NCBI GenBank assembly: GCA_009103225.1 | Contig: RHPI01001428.1 | Span: forward strand, 484,054 to 548,053 | Direction of reading: 5' to 3' | DNA: 64,000 nucleotides | Source of the DNA: Chlorokybus atmophyticus | Taxonomy: Eukaryota > Plantae > Mesostigma and Chlorokybus algae | In this document: piece by piece, positions 1 to 12,223 of the stretch | Numbering within the stretch: the first letter of the stretch is position 1 | Layout of the letters: every line of letters starts with the position of its first letter | Position numbers and translations under genes: made by a program | The notes under the pieces: model-generated | Told to the model about the DNA's origin: nothing | Seen by the model: only the letters and a program-made list of their open reading frames with translations | Database searches by the model: none

Positions 1-2792
1 AGTAATATGATCACATGTGCTTAGCTGGCTGGTGTGTGTACCTGTATCAAGTGCTGAAGTGGCTTCATCAAGCAGGAGGATGCGTGGATCCTTCAAAACG
101 GCGCGAGCGATAGCAATCCTGCAAGCAGAGATTGTTCGGCAACGGTTGTACGTGTACAAATAAACATAGAGCTAACCATCAACCATCTGCCTACCTTTGC
201 TTCTGTCCTCCTGACAGCTGCACGCCACGCTCACCGACCTGGGTCTCATACCTATCACATGAAGTACTCATTGTCAGTACCTGTTGAGTTGTGTTCGTTG
301 CAGGCTCTTAAGAGCAAACCCACTCACCCGTCTGGCAATGAGGAGATAAAGTTATGCGCATTTGCTGACTTGCAAGCTGAGATGATCTCGTCCATAGTGG
401 CTGCAGGCTTGCCAAACTCAATGTTTTTGCGGATCGTGGTTGCAAACAGCGCTGGTTCTTGACTGACCAGACCAATGTGCTCCCGGAGCCACTTTAACTG
501 CAACCTCTTCAGCTCCACTCCATCCAACATAACTGAGCCCTCGAGCGGGTCATAGAAGCGCTCCACCAAGCTTACTACCGTGCTCTGCATGAGGGTCACT
601 CACTCACTCACTAACTCAACCACTACAAGCAGAGCGACAACTGTGTCATAACAAGCAGGGGGTAGCTCACCTTGCCACTGCCGCTCTCCCCGACCAGAGC
701 CACAGTTTCACCCGGCTTGACCACCAGATTGAAGTTGTTGAAGATGACCTGTTCGGGTCGCGAAGGGTACGCAAACCTGATGTTCGTCAGGGTGACTTCG
801 CCGCGAACCGCTGCCGGTGTTTCCCCGCTAAGGTCGGACACATCGATGACGGCGTGTCGCTCAATAGTCTGGAACACATTGTATGCGGCAGCTTGGGCTG
901 CAGCAAACTTTCCAAGATGAGGGGTGCCTTGCCCAATGCCAAACCCAGCGATCAGGACCGCAAAGAAGGTGGCGAGGATGTCTCCACCGGTTTGGCCATC
1001 ATCAATGATCAACTTGGAGCCATACCACAGAGCCAGCGCACAAGTACCATAGAACGTGAAGTAAGTGAACGCCAAGCCGAAACCGGACTGCCAAGCATTC
1101 CGTTTGCCAGACTGCAAAGACTTTGCAAGAGCGTCGGAGTATGACTGCCATGCTTTCTGTTCACCGCCAAAGGCCTTGACTGTGCGAATACAGCTGATGC
1201 TCTGCTCCGCAACACCTCCTGCCTCCGCATATGCTTCCTGTGGGCAGCAAGTAAGTTGTGTTGCAGTTTTGTGACAACCTTACTCACTGTACACGCATAC
1301 CTGTCCTTTCTTGGCACTTGATGTTAGAGCCACAGCCATGATCGATCCAGCAAATGCTATGAGAGGAGTAATCGCAATCATGACAAATGTCAACTTCCAG
1401 GCGTATATCTGCAGACATTGACAAACCATGGGTCAAGAGGCTCTTACTGAGGCAGTGGCACACTGTTATCTAGTACTTACAAAACCGACGGAGTAGCCGG
1501 TTACAAAAGTTGTAAGATGATGCAGGAAGTTTCCAACCTGTGAGCCAACAACTGTGAGCAAGAGGCCATGCATGTTGTGCCGACAGAAACAAGAGTGCAC
1601 ACTGCTGCATGCTTACTTTTTCTCCTAGGCCATCTTGAATCGTGATGGTGTCACCAGTTATGTGGCTCACGAGGGAACCGGTGTTCACCTCTGTATCAAA
1701 GTACCCAACATCTTGACGAAGCACAGCCTGCGAAGGTTGACGATTATAATTGAGTGGAAAACGCAAGGCACACTCTGTCCCTTGGCACATGATGCAATTG
1801 CAAACTCTGCCTGCCAAAGAGAATCAATAAATGCAATACCTGTAAATACTTTTGTCGAATTCTTGCTGATTGACGCTCGCCAGTCAACATCCAGAAGCCA
1901 ACTTCAAGGTACGACACAATCCACGTGACAATCGCCAATAGGAATAGAATGAGGGCATACTGAAGGAGGCAACCATTTGTCAGTTTATATTATCAATCTC
2001 ACTTGAAAATTGCAATGCATGCATGGGTGTTGCCTGTCCACATGCGCTGCACCCGAAGTCCTCTACACAACACACACGCACAATCACTAAACCCGCCCAC
2101 CCACGTCGCCACGCGCTCACCCATACGCGCATATGCTCACACACCCATGCGCGCATGCGTGCCGCAGACCTTGTTGACATCATGAACGAGGTTCCCCAAA
2201 GTGTCCTGGCCTTCCGGAGAGGAGCACGCAACTCCGTCTTTTAGGGCGTTACTGCCAAAGCTGTCGGAGAGTCTACCAAAGAGAATTGCAAATGAGGGCA
2301 TGGTTGCTCCAGCGAGAATGGCACCGATGGACCCCAGGAGCATCAGCAGCTTGTCTGTGTTGTCGGCATATCTAAACAGCTGGAAGAACGGCACAGCCTT
2401 GGACTTTTCCTGCAAGGCGGCATTTGCATTACATGCGCTGAGCAGTGCAAAATACACTGCAGCACACGGCAGAGCACCGCACACCACAACGAAATGCAAT
2501 GCACAGACACAATGCCAGCTGTTCACAATACCGTGGCCTTACGAACCTTCTTAGGCTTGTTGAACAAGGAGTCGTAGAATCCTAGCAGGCCCTTGCGCTT
2601 GACAGGCACGTCATTGTTGGAGTCAGCATGGCCATTGGCAACCACGGGGGCGTCGGCGATAACAGTCGCAGCCAGCTTGCCGCCGGTGGGGGCGGGCTGA
2701 TGGGCGGCAACATCCTCGACCACCTCCTTAGCTACACCATTCAAGTGCACGTGCCCATTCTCGCCCGCCCCCGCGGGCGGCTGGGCATTCAT
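1..2792 (-). CDS. ABCB: ABCB/MDR (P-glycoprotein) full-size ABC transporter, multi-exon, 5' part only (continues past the left edge of the window)
   Basis: ATG at 2792. Exon translations include [56 protein letters not shown], Walker A GESGSGK, ERFYDP, Q-loop [15 protein letters not shown] and [11 protein letters not shown], separated by GT-AG introns. Confidence 0.95.
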
Positions 2793-3526
2793 GCCGCCCC
2801 TAGCAGGCGGGGGGCGTCACCCCGGTGCCGCCGTGCCTCAACCAGCAGCGCAGCACACACAGAGTCAGCCCAGAGTCTGCCCAAGCAAGGCGTCAACAAT
2901 TGAGAAAAAACGAATGCCTAGCGCGACAATGCCGCCGACCCCACCAACACCGTCCACCCCTTCGCCGCCGACGTCGGCCGCGGCGCTGCCTTAGAGACAG
3001 TGGTGTGTCTCAGTGTCCGAACAAACCGTGGTGTGGAAGGTTAGAGGCGCGAAACCTCAGCACAGTGTCCAGTCGTTCCAAATGCAAGGTCTAGTGCTGC
3101 CAGTTGTGTACACTGCCCAGATTTTCCTTACAGGGAGCCAGTACGCATTGTTTCTGTAATGTGCGGCAAATGTATGTTTGCATTCTGCACACGTTTAATG
3201 TGCTGTACCCGTACAGGCAATGCACGGGTACAGCACATTGAACCTGACGCCTTGGTACGCGCAAAACGGATGCAACGGTTGACTTTCATCATGACGCCGT
3301 GCGAACGGTTCTCGTCTGAAATAAACCCGTGGTCGTCGTTGAGCTACAAGGTGAGACAACTCAGGCATCAAAACTTACGAGTCATATTCCACAAATCATA
3401 CCGTGTTTGTGCGACATACAACCCCTCACAAGCCCCCCCCCCCCCCAAAAGTAACAATGAGGGGTGTTGTGTTAGGGCTGCATTTTGTTTAGAAAAAGGG
3501 GGTAACAAACCCCCGCCCCCCCCCCC

Positions 3527-3536
3527 NNNNNNNNNN
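3527..3536. other. Assembly gap (N) flanked by poly-C
   Basis: N run between C homopolymers. Confidence 0.99.
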
Positions 3537-4443
3537 CCCCCCCCCCCCCCCCCCCTCCCGCCAAAAAAAGCAAAATCAACGGAGGGTGTTGTGATAGTGG
3601 TGGTGGGGGCATTTGCAGAGATACAGCAATCTACAAGTTATGACTCATGATCCATGGGCCATTTCATGATGACAATAACTTACACCACTCAACATGATAA
3701 GTACATATGGTCGTCTCTCTGTCACTTGACTACGGCTGCGCAAAGTTGTTTTATTTATAAATCAAGTCTCATCATTGGTATAAGGGGTTGTGTGCACAAT
3801 CACTTTAGGTCATGACTTGTGCATGCTTTATTAAAAAGCCTTCATGTCAATGAAGCAACGTGTGCACTTTGCCTACATGTAGGCAAAGTAGTAGAGATTG
3901 TGCATTTGCGTGCTTATTGATTGGCTCACGTATGTGCTAAAATACACTTAACATAAATAAAGGTGTATATATTGTACAAAAGCCAAGCTGATACTGAGTT
4001 TATGCATATACATAATTCAAGATGCATCACGCGAACATTCTCATAAATTAAAGCATTCTTGGTTTTGTAAGTTGCTAAAATTACCGTTTTACGGCATGCT
4101 GCCATGATGTATTATACCATAAATACAACAATTAACGTTAATTGTTACCGTCATACAATATGAATGACAGACGCCACGCAATGGCACTACATGGCTTTTA
4201 TTATTGTTTAAATAACATGTTGCATGTTTCAAAGCATGCATCATAATCTGTGCATATTACGCATCTTGTAAGAACATCACAGTGTGTCCAATCATTCATA
4301 AAAGCAACGCCATAATTCATGGTTGCACACTTTACACCCCTCCATACCACTCCTCTTATTAAACAATAACATTCACCGCACATTGTGCATGCCACACTCA
4401 TGTGATTATAAGAACGATAAGTACCATGCGTGAGGATTAACAC

Positions 4444-4522
4444 TGTCACAGCCCACTCGACCACAAAAGACTTGGTGCTTTTATGGTCGATTTGTGGTAA
4501 CTTAATGTACCTTCCCGTTACA
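4444..4522 (-). repeat. TRIM 3' LTR (79 bp)
   Basis: Matches 21947-22025 with 5 transition differences; PPT is adjacent. Confidence 0.9.
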
Positions 4523-7500
4523 TTCCCCCCACTTAAGAACGCTGACGTCCTCGGCAGCTGGCGCCCATCAGCTGGGGAATCTTCCCAGGGGTCTGATTTA
4601 GGTCGGTCACCGGCCCCACCACCCAAGGACCGGCTAATTTAGGCCCATACCGGTCAACGCGCGCATACCGCACCTCTGCCGGCCCCACAGGTCGCATCAC
4701 GACAGGCAGGTCGCGTCCTGCCGCGCCGACTGAACTGGTCAGTCCAACGCGACTGCCATTACAGCCGGAAAGCCCAGCGGCCTGTTTTGGTGAGCATTGG
4801 ATGTGGCCGTGCGATCTATATGTGCTGTGTGTGGCCTCGATCTCGTGTGACGAGTTGCGAGCCGCGTGATATGCCGCTGACCAACAAGTGACTGGTGTTG
4901 TATAGATTTGGGTCAGTTTTTGTGACTCGTTTTTGGTATCGTGTTCGTCAGCTGGTCCAGCCGCCATTCACAGTGATGCGCTTCCGGGGCGCTGTGACTC
5001 GTGAAACTTTGGCGCCCTGGCCGGCGGCGGGATGGGCGACGCTGACGCTGAGGGTGGCGGCGGTGTGCTTGAGCCTGCAAATGCGGTGGGAGGGGGGTGT
5101 AGTCAGGTTTAGATGTCGCAGGTCCCGGCAGTTGATGAGCTTGAGCAGGTGGCGACGGCGCCGCCTGTGCATCAGAAGAAGACCAAGCGGAAGTCTCATG
5201 CCAGCGCCACGAAGCAGCTGCTGAGCGCAGCCCAGAAACGCACGGCCCACGCCACTGCCCAGAAGCTGTCTCTGGCAAGGTGCAAGGAGCGTCAGGATGC
5301 AATGTGGGGTACGGTGCGTAGAGACTGCAAGCTCAGTAGCTTGCAGTCTGTGTATACTGTGCAGTTGTATGCGTTGACGCATGGCCTGATGTGGCGCCTC
5401 AATCCTGACGATGACTCGCTAACCAAGGTTGAGGTAAGTGCTGTTCCTGACCTACAAATGTGCTCATGCTGGGTGCGCACCCCTAGCGAATTTATTCACG
5501 TATTTGTAACTGTGCGCAGGGCGAGTTTGTGGAGCGTGCACCTGCAGCCGTTGTAGCTACTGCAACTTCTGCACCAGAGCGCCTGAGTGCTCCAGAGTCA
5601 TCGCTGCCCGTGCCAGCAACCACCCCTTCCCCCAATTCGGTTCAGCCCAGCATGCAGGAGGGGGGTATGTGCTCTGATTCTTTCCCCACGCAGCAGATCT
5701 CTGAGTCCCCCCCTGTTCTACCCCTGCAAGCGCCAGTGCAGCCCCATGTCATGTACATCCAGACGCCTGATGTGAGTAGCTTCTGACTGCTGAACATGTA
5801 CTATGTTGGGGTCAACTATGCGACACAATGCATCTGCTGGCAGGGGGAGTATGTAGCTGTGCAGCCTGTGGCGAGGCCTGTGTGTTCGCAGCAGGGCAAC
5901 CGTCCAGGCACCAGTGCACCAAGCATGAATGGAGTGTCCAGAGGGTTAGGCCAGCCGGGTAGTAGATCAGTACCGGGATTGGTTGGTGGTAGCAGCCAAG
6001 GGTCTCAGTACTCAACAGGCACCACAGGTGTGCCTATGTATAATCGTCGCTTCCCATCCAGCTATTCATGAACACTTGATGTAACATATACTTGTCGTCG
6101 CGTATGTACAGCAGAAGAAGCCTTGATTGTAATGTTTGTTGGTTTGTGCAGGCATTTCAGTGGGAATGCGCACGCGTGTGAGAACATGCAGGTCTTGCAT
6201 GCGCACTCGGAACGAGCTACGTGCATGCCTTGATAGGAATATAGAGTTGGAATCGCAACTAGCAGAATTGCAATTGTACATATCTCAAATAGAATCAGTG
6301 GAATATTTGCAAGCTGAGCGACCCACGCATGTGAGTGGGTCAGGGGTGTCAGAGACGCGAGACTCCACACCTCTTCACAATGATGATGAATACGCTTGCG
6401 AAGACCATTCCAGGATTGGTGGATTGATGGATCACAACAATGTGCAGAGGCAATTTGAAGAGGCTGCATGCGAGGTGGGATTGCATGTACTTTCTTAGGG
6501 TATATGCTCAGTGGCTGCTTGCAATGTATGGATAGAACAATGGCTGTTATGTACTGTCTTAACTATGAGTCTAACATTTAGTGAAACAGCATAACACGGT
6601 TGAGCATTTCGAGGAAGAAGCGGACAAGCTTCGCACGGAGATTCATGCCTTGACTGTCGTGTGTTCGGTGCGCTGCCTTGGCTGCGTAGAACACCAGTGC
6701 TGTTTAAAACCCCAGCGCCTGTAATAAGCGAAGGTGTTGACTGAAAGTGGAGTGCCAGGAACTAGAAGACTTGATAGAGGCCCATCAAATGCAGGCCTCG
6801 CAGCATACAATTGTTGTAACCAATCTACGGGAACAGGTAAGGAGACTGGGTGAGGACTGTGATCTGGGCAAGCACCAACACGCAGAGAACGAAGCACATT
6901 GGCATACCCAGTGTGACTTGCTGCTGACAGACAAACAGGCAAGCCATTGTGCAGCATGCATCTTGTAGGTCACTCGCTGACCCATGTTGCCTACTGCCGC
7001 AGAGTTTGAGTGCTAGAGTTGTGGTATTGGAGTCACAACTAGCAGCAGCAGAGTGCTTGCAGCAAAATTCTGCAGCTGGCCGGTCACAAGCTGAGGCAGA
7101 CATAGAGGTCTTGAAACGAAGGATCCATGCTTTGGAAGCTGCTGCAGGACAAGCACCATATACTCCATCCAGATCTGAGCAGACAAATAATTCTCGTGAG
7201 GGGGGGCACGAGTCGCAATACATGCCGCGAACACCAGAGTTGCTTGCAAAATGGAGAGCGCGGGCTTCTGCTATAATTGGCAACTCACCTCTGGACTTGG
7301 CTGCCAAGCATGTCGCAGACGAGTTGACTCCTGCAGATGCATGTGTACTGCTGGGTGAGGTTGCAGCAGTCTTTAGTGTCGAGAGGAGACACCTGATGAA
7401 CCTGTGTAAGAGTGTATTTGGTGATCTGTTGCGAGTGCACACTTCAAGTAGGCGATTGGGCTCTCTGCTGCTAGTTGTGTGGTCAGACCCTATCAGTTGC

Positions 7501-8345
7501 CTGATGCAGCGAGTACAGACAACCAAGGACTCTGTCACGCGCAATTGAGCCCATGGGGCCAGCGTGGACGCACCTGTTCATGAGCTCAGCAATCAAGTGC
7601 TGGACCACATTGCCAAGCTCATGACAATGGAGACTAGGCAGCGGGCCAAGTTGAATGCAGTCGGTGTTGTGGACTTGAGGACGCTTAAGATCTATGAAGA
7701 CTTGAAGCCCTTGAGTGCTGATGTAGAGCAACTGTTTGCTGCCTTATGTGGCCTCCGGAGCCTGCTGAAAAGGCCATCAACCTCGTCAAATCCCGCACAA
7801 AGGGTGCACTCTTTGCGCGTGCAGTCAGCGTACCTGTTTGCTTCTGCTCTCTACATGCGCAACAACAAAGCGCACTCCAAACTGCATGTCTCGCTGGCCG
7901 ATGCGACTGATGGCCTCAGCCATTCGTCACTGTTAATGAAGTTGCTCAACCACCTGAGCATTTGTGTCAGCAAGCCCACCCTGAATCGGTTAGCGCCAAC
8001 ACAGTCATTGCATGCAGTACCTTCTGCTTTCACTTCATGAGCTTTGCATCACGCAGGCACATATCTTCTAGGGCCAACATAGTGCTGAGCAACCCAGCTC
8101 CTGTGGATATTCACAGTGGGGACTTTGTGCTGGCCTCAATTGACAATTGGGACTGCAAAAGCTCACATTCCCTCAGGTTCAATGGCCGTCTCGACCAAGA
8201 CCTGCATTGCACCACCACACAAGTGGTCATTCCACAACCCTTATGCGATGTGCAGCTGCCAGCATTCCCGTCACAAGTGCAGGTGGGTGCAGTATGCAAT
8301 GATACCTATGTGTGTACATACACTCTTGTTGTTGACATGCTGTGC

Positions 8346-11300
8346 TGTAACGGTGTGCTACCTCCATAGAGGTTCCCCGCCCTTATTTAGGATTAAATAA
8401 GGGTCCCAACGGGATTATACAGTCTATTAAGCCATATTAGGGCCGTTAACCTAGTGTTAAGGCCCTAATGTAGTGTTACTTAATTGTAACACTGATATCG
8501 ACATGAGACATGAGTCTCATGTCGATATCAGCCGTATGGCGGCGCTGCTAACGCAGCGGCCGCCATAGCCAGGGGATCTTCTGCTCCGGCGGATTCCCCT
8601 GGCGGCGGCGGCGGTGGCGTCGTGGCTGGTGGTGGTGTTGGGGTAGGGGATTAAAGGGAGGAGGGGGCACACCCCCTCTAGTCTCTTTACATTGGTATCG
8701 GAGCTTGGATACTGGTGCACGGTTGTGCACAGTGAAAAAGGGTCGTAAGCGTGTAACGTTGTCTGTAAAAGGGTCGCATAGCTTGGAACACAAGCAAACA
8801 GACCCTGCGCTTCTCAGTGCACTTCAGGTGAAGCGTGCGTTGCGTAAAAACACACCGGCTTTCCTTGTGCACTTAACGTCATCTGATGACTTTGTGCCAG
8901 GCAGTACGGCAGGTGTTGCAGACATCATTGAAAAGTATCAGGACATATTCTCAGATGAGTTGCCAGGCTTACCCCCTGATCGAGGTGTCGGACACACCAT
9001 ACCACTGATTCCTGATAGTGAGCCTCCATTTCGGCCAATATATAGGCTGAGCCCCAATGAGAGGGGGGAAATGGAAACTCAAATCAAAGAGTTATTGGAA
9101 AAGGGATTGATTAAACCGAGTTCTTCACCCTTTGGCGCACCCATCTTGTTTGTGATAAAAAAGAATGGGAAATTGCGCATGTGTGTAGATTATCGTGCTC
9201 TAAACAAGATTACGGTAAAGAATCGATACCCGTTACCTCGGATTGATGATGTGTTTGATAAACTGTCGGGTAATGCGTACTTCAGTACGCTAGACTTGAC
9301 AAGCGGTTACCATCAAATCCGTATTCACCCTTCTGATGTTTACAAGACAGCATTCAGAACACCTTCAGGTCATTATCAATACAAAGTGTTACCTTTTGGA
9401 TTGACAAATGCACCTGCGGTGTTTCAGAAGGAAATGAATAAGATCTTTGATAACATGCTTGGCAAGCATGTTATGGTTTACTTGGATGACATCATTGTCT
9501 TCAGTAAAACAAAAGAGGAGCACAGAAAGCATCTGGAAGCGGTGTTTGCTTTACTGCGAACACATCGCTTGTTTGCCAACTTGCCAAAGTGTGACTTTGG
9601 CAAGACAGAGTTGCCATTCTTGGGGCATATTGTGAGTGGTGCGGGTGTCAAACCTGACCCTCGCAAAGTGCAAGTGGTAAAGGATTGGCCTCAACCAAAG
9701 AATATCCATCAGTTGCGATCATTCTTGGGGTTGGCAAACTATTTTCGCAAGTTTATGATGGGGTACTCTACGGCTGTGATGCCCTTAACAAAACTATTGC
9801 GAAAAGATGCCCCATTCTCTTGGACAGCAGCACAGGAAGCTGCTATGCAACAAGTGAAGCTGGCTTTAACCTCAGCACCAGTGTTGGCACTGCCAAATTG
9901 GGATAAGCGCTTCACTGTGGTGAGCGATGCCTCCACCCTAGGGTGTGGTGCAGTATTGCTACAGGATAGCAGGCCATGTGCTTATGAGAGTAGAAAATTC
10001 ATCCCAGCAGAGGTGAATTACACTACTACTGAGCAAGAGTTGCTGGGTATAGTGCATGCTCTTGAAACTTGGCGATGCTACTTGGAAGGAGTTCAGTTCA
10101 CAGTAGTGACTGATCACAACCCATTGGTGTACTTCTCAACACAGCTAAACTTGTCGCGTAGGCAAGCTCGCTGGAATGAGTTTCTGTCGCGGTTTACTTT
10201 TGAATGGGTATACCGGCCGGGCAAAACCAATGTGGCAGATCCTTTGAGTCGCTGTCCGTCATTGTTGGCAGTTATGCGTGCGCACTTGCTTGCGACGCAA
10301 GGTACATTGCCTCCTAATGATGAGTTTGTACAAGCTGTTTTACAGGGGTATATTTTGGACCCATGGTTCTCGATGCAAGGGAATGTGCAACAGCTTAACA
10401 AACGAGACAACTTGTATTATATGGGCGCCTGCTTGGTGATACCTAACCATGCTGGGTTGCGCATGAAATGCATAGCTGAAGTACACGATCCACCGTACGC
10501 TGGGCACTTTGGGGGTCGCAAGACTACTAAGGCAGCGCAACAGTTGTACTGGTGGCCATCGTTGCCTGTTGACGTAAAGCAATATGTTGACACGTGTGAC
10601 AAATGTCAGCGTGACAAACCGTTACGTCAGAAACCCGCTGGGTTGCTGCGACCTTTGCCTGTTCCTGATGGCAAGTGGGAAAGTGTGAGTATGGACCTGA
10701 TTGTTGAGCTCCCTGAGACAGCATTTGGGCACACAGCGGTTGCAGTTTTTGTGGACCGTTTAACAAAAATGGTTCACATCGTCCCTTGCCGCACGGAAAT
10801 AGGCTCCCGTGAGTTAGCGATGGTTTTTGTCGCCTCTGTGTTTAAGTTGCATGGTTTGCCTCGCAACTTTGTGTCTGATCGCGATCCGCGATTTGTGTCT
10901 CAGTTCTGGAAGTCGCTATGCAGCTTCTTACATATTCAGCAGAACATGAGCACAGCTTATCATCCACAAACGGATGGTCAGACAGAGCGCGCCAATCAAG
11001 TGATTGAGGAAACCATTCGGCATTATGTGAGTCCAAACCAGTCTGACTGGGATATCTATCTCCCAATGGCTGAGTTTGCGATTAACAATGCTTGGCAAGA
11101 GAGTGTGCAGGAAACTCCGTTTTTCTTGAACTACGGAGTGCATCCACTAAGTCCTGCGAACATCAAGTTGCCCGCTACCGACATAACTCGCGTACCTGCA
11201 GCACGCGAGATGGCTTCGGCCATGCAGGATAGGCTAGCGCTGGCAAAGGACTGTCTGCGCGCAGCGCAAGACAGACAAAAAGCCCATGCTGATGCGCATC

Positions 11301-12223
11301 GTAGAGAGGCCAGCTACGATGTGGGCTGTTCGGTGCTTTTAAGTACCAAAAACATATCCATTAAGGGAGTGGGTACCCGCAAGTTTTTCCCTCGCTGGAT
11401 AGGCCCTTTCAAGGTAATTGATCGGGTCGGCACTCACGCGTATCGTTTGGAATTGCCAAAGTCAATACGCATTCACAATGTGTTTCACGTGAGTGTAATG
11501 AAACCGTATCGTTCTGACGGTCGGGTTCAACCTCCTCCACCCCCCGTTGCAGTGGATGGCGACGATACTTTCGAGTATGAGGTGGAAGCAGTCCTAAGTC
11601 ATCGTAAGCCTCGGCGCGGACGCGCGCCGTCTTACTTGGTGAAATGGAAAGGGTATGGTGTTGAACACAATACATGGGAGCCCGAAAGGAATCTTACCAA
11701 CTGCCAAAAGATTCTTCGGGGGTACTGGAGTACGGTGTCCACACGCGAACGGTAAAAGGGTGCTGGCAGACATCTTTACCGTTTCGGCCCTGGTTCTCTC
11801 ACTGCTTTCGTTTCTTTACTCGTGGTGGGGCTTTGCTAACCCTTCAATGAGGACATTGAAACCTAAGTGGGGGGGAATGTAACGGTGTGCTACCTCCATA
11901 GAGGTTCCCCGCCCTTATTTAGGATTAAATAAGGGTCCCAACGGGATTATACAGTCTATTAAGCCATATTAGGGCCGTTAACCTAGTGTTAAGGCCCTAA
12001 TGTAGTGTTACTTAATTGTAACACTGATATCGACATGAGACATGAGTCTCATGTCGATATCAGCCGTATGGCGGCGCTGCTAACGCAGCGGCCGCCATAG
12101 CCAGGGGATCTTCTGCTCCGGCGGATTCCCCTGGCGGCGGCGGCGGTCGCGTCGTGGCTGGTGGTGGTGGTGGGGTAGGGGATTAAAGGGAGGAGGGGGC
12201 ACACCCCCTTTAGTCTCTTTACA
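8346..12223 (+). mobile_element. Ty3/gypsy chromovirus lacking gag and most of the protease
   Basis: 346-bp LTRs at 8346-8691 and 11878-12223 (3 mismatches by eye), TSD TGTGC, PBS TGGTATCGGAGC directly after the 5' LTR, PPT AAGTGGGGGGGAA before the 3' LTR. Confidence 0.97.
8705..11755 (+). CDS. Gypsy pol: protease C-terminal remnant, RT, RNase H, integrase, chromodomain (1016 aa open frame)
   Basis: RT LRMCVDYRALN and YLDD; RNase H VVSDAS and TDHNPL; integrase zinc finger H..H..C..C, SMDL and GQTER; chromodomain YEVEAVL..YLVKWKGY..NTWEPE. Confidence 0.95.
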   Translation: MDTGARLCTVKKGRKRVTLSVKGSHSLEHKQTDPALLSALQVKRALRKNTPAFLVHLTSSDDFVPGSTAGVADIIEKYQDIFSDELPGLPPDRGVGHTIPLIPDSEPPFRPIYRLSPNERGEMETQIKELLEKGLIKPSSSPFGAPILFVIKKNGKLRMCVDYRALNKITVKNRYPLPRIDDVFDKLSGNAYFSTLDLTSGYHQIRIHPSDVYKTAFRTPSGHYQYKVLPFGLTNAPAVFQKEMNKIFDNMLGKHVMVYLDDIIVFSKTKEEHRKHLEAVFALLRTHRLFANLPKCDFGKTELPFLGHIVSGAGVKPDPRKVQVVKDWPQPKNIHQLRSFLGLANYFRKFMMGYSTAVMPLTKLLRKDAPFSWTAAQEAAMQQVKLALTSAPVLALPNWDKRFTVVSDASTLGCGAVLLQDSRPCAYESRKFIPAEVNYTTTEQELLGIVHALETWRCYLEGVQFTVVTDHNPLVYFSTQLNLSRRQARWNEFLSRFTFEWVYRPGKTNVADPLSRCPSLLAVMRAHLLATQGTLPPNDEFVQAVLQGYILDPWFSMQGNVQQLNKRDNLYYMGACLVIPNHAGLRMKCIAEVHDPPYAGHFGGRKTTKAAQQLYWWPSLPVDVKQYVDTCDKCQRDKPLRQKPAGLLRPLPVPDGKWESVSMDLIVELPETAFGHTAVAVFVDRLTKMVHIVPCRTEIGSRELAMVFVASVFKLHGLPRNFVSDRDPRFVSQFWKSLCSFLHIQQNMSTAYHPQTDGQTERANQVIEETIRHYVSPNQSDWDIYLPMAEFAINNAWQESVQETPFFLNYGVHPLSPANIKLPATDITRVPAAREMASAMQDRLALAKDCLRAAQDRQKAHADAHRREASYDVGCSVLLSTKNISIKGVGTRKFFPRWIGPFKVIDRVGTHAYRLELPKSIRIHNVFHVSVMKPYRSDGRVQPPPPPVAVDGDDTFEYEVEAVLSHRKPRRGRAPSYLVKWKGYGVEHNTWEPERNLTNCQKILRGYWSTVSTRER

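Noticed and set aside
3420-3620. Proline-rich ORF or G-quadruplex element around the gap
   Set aside because: Homopolymer sequence flanking an N gap is probably low quality.
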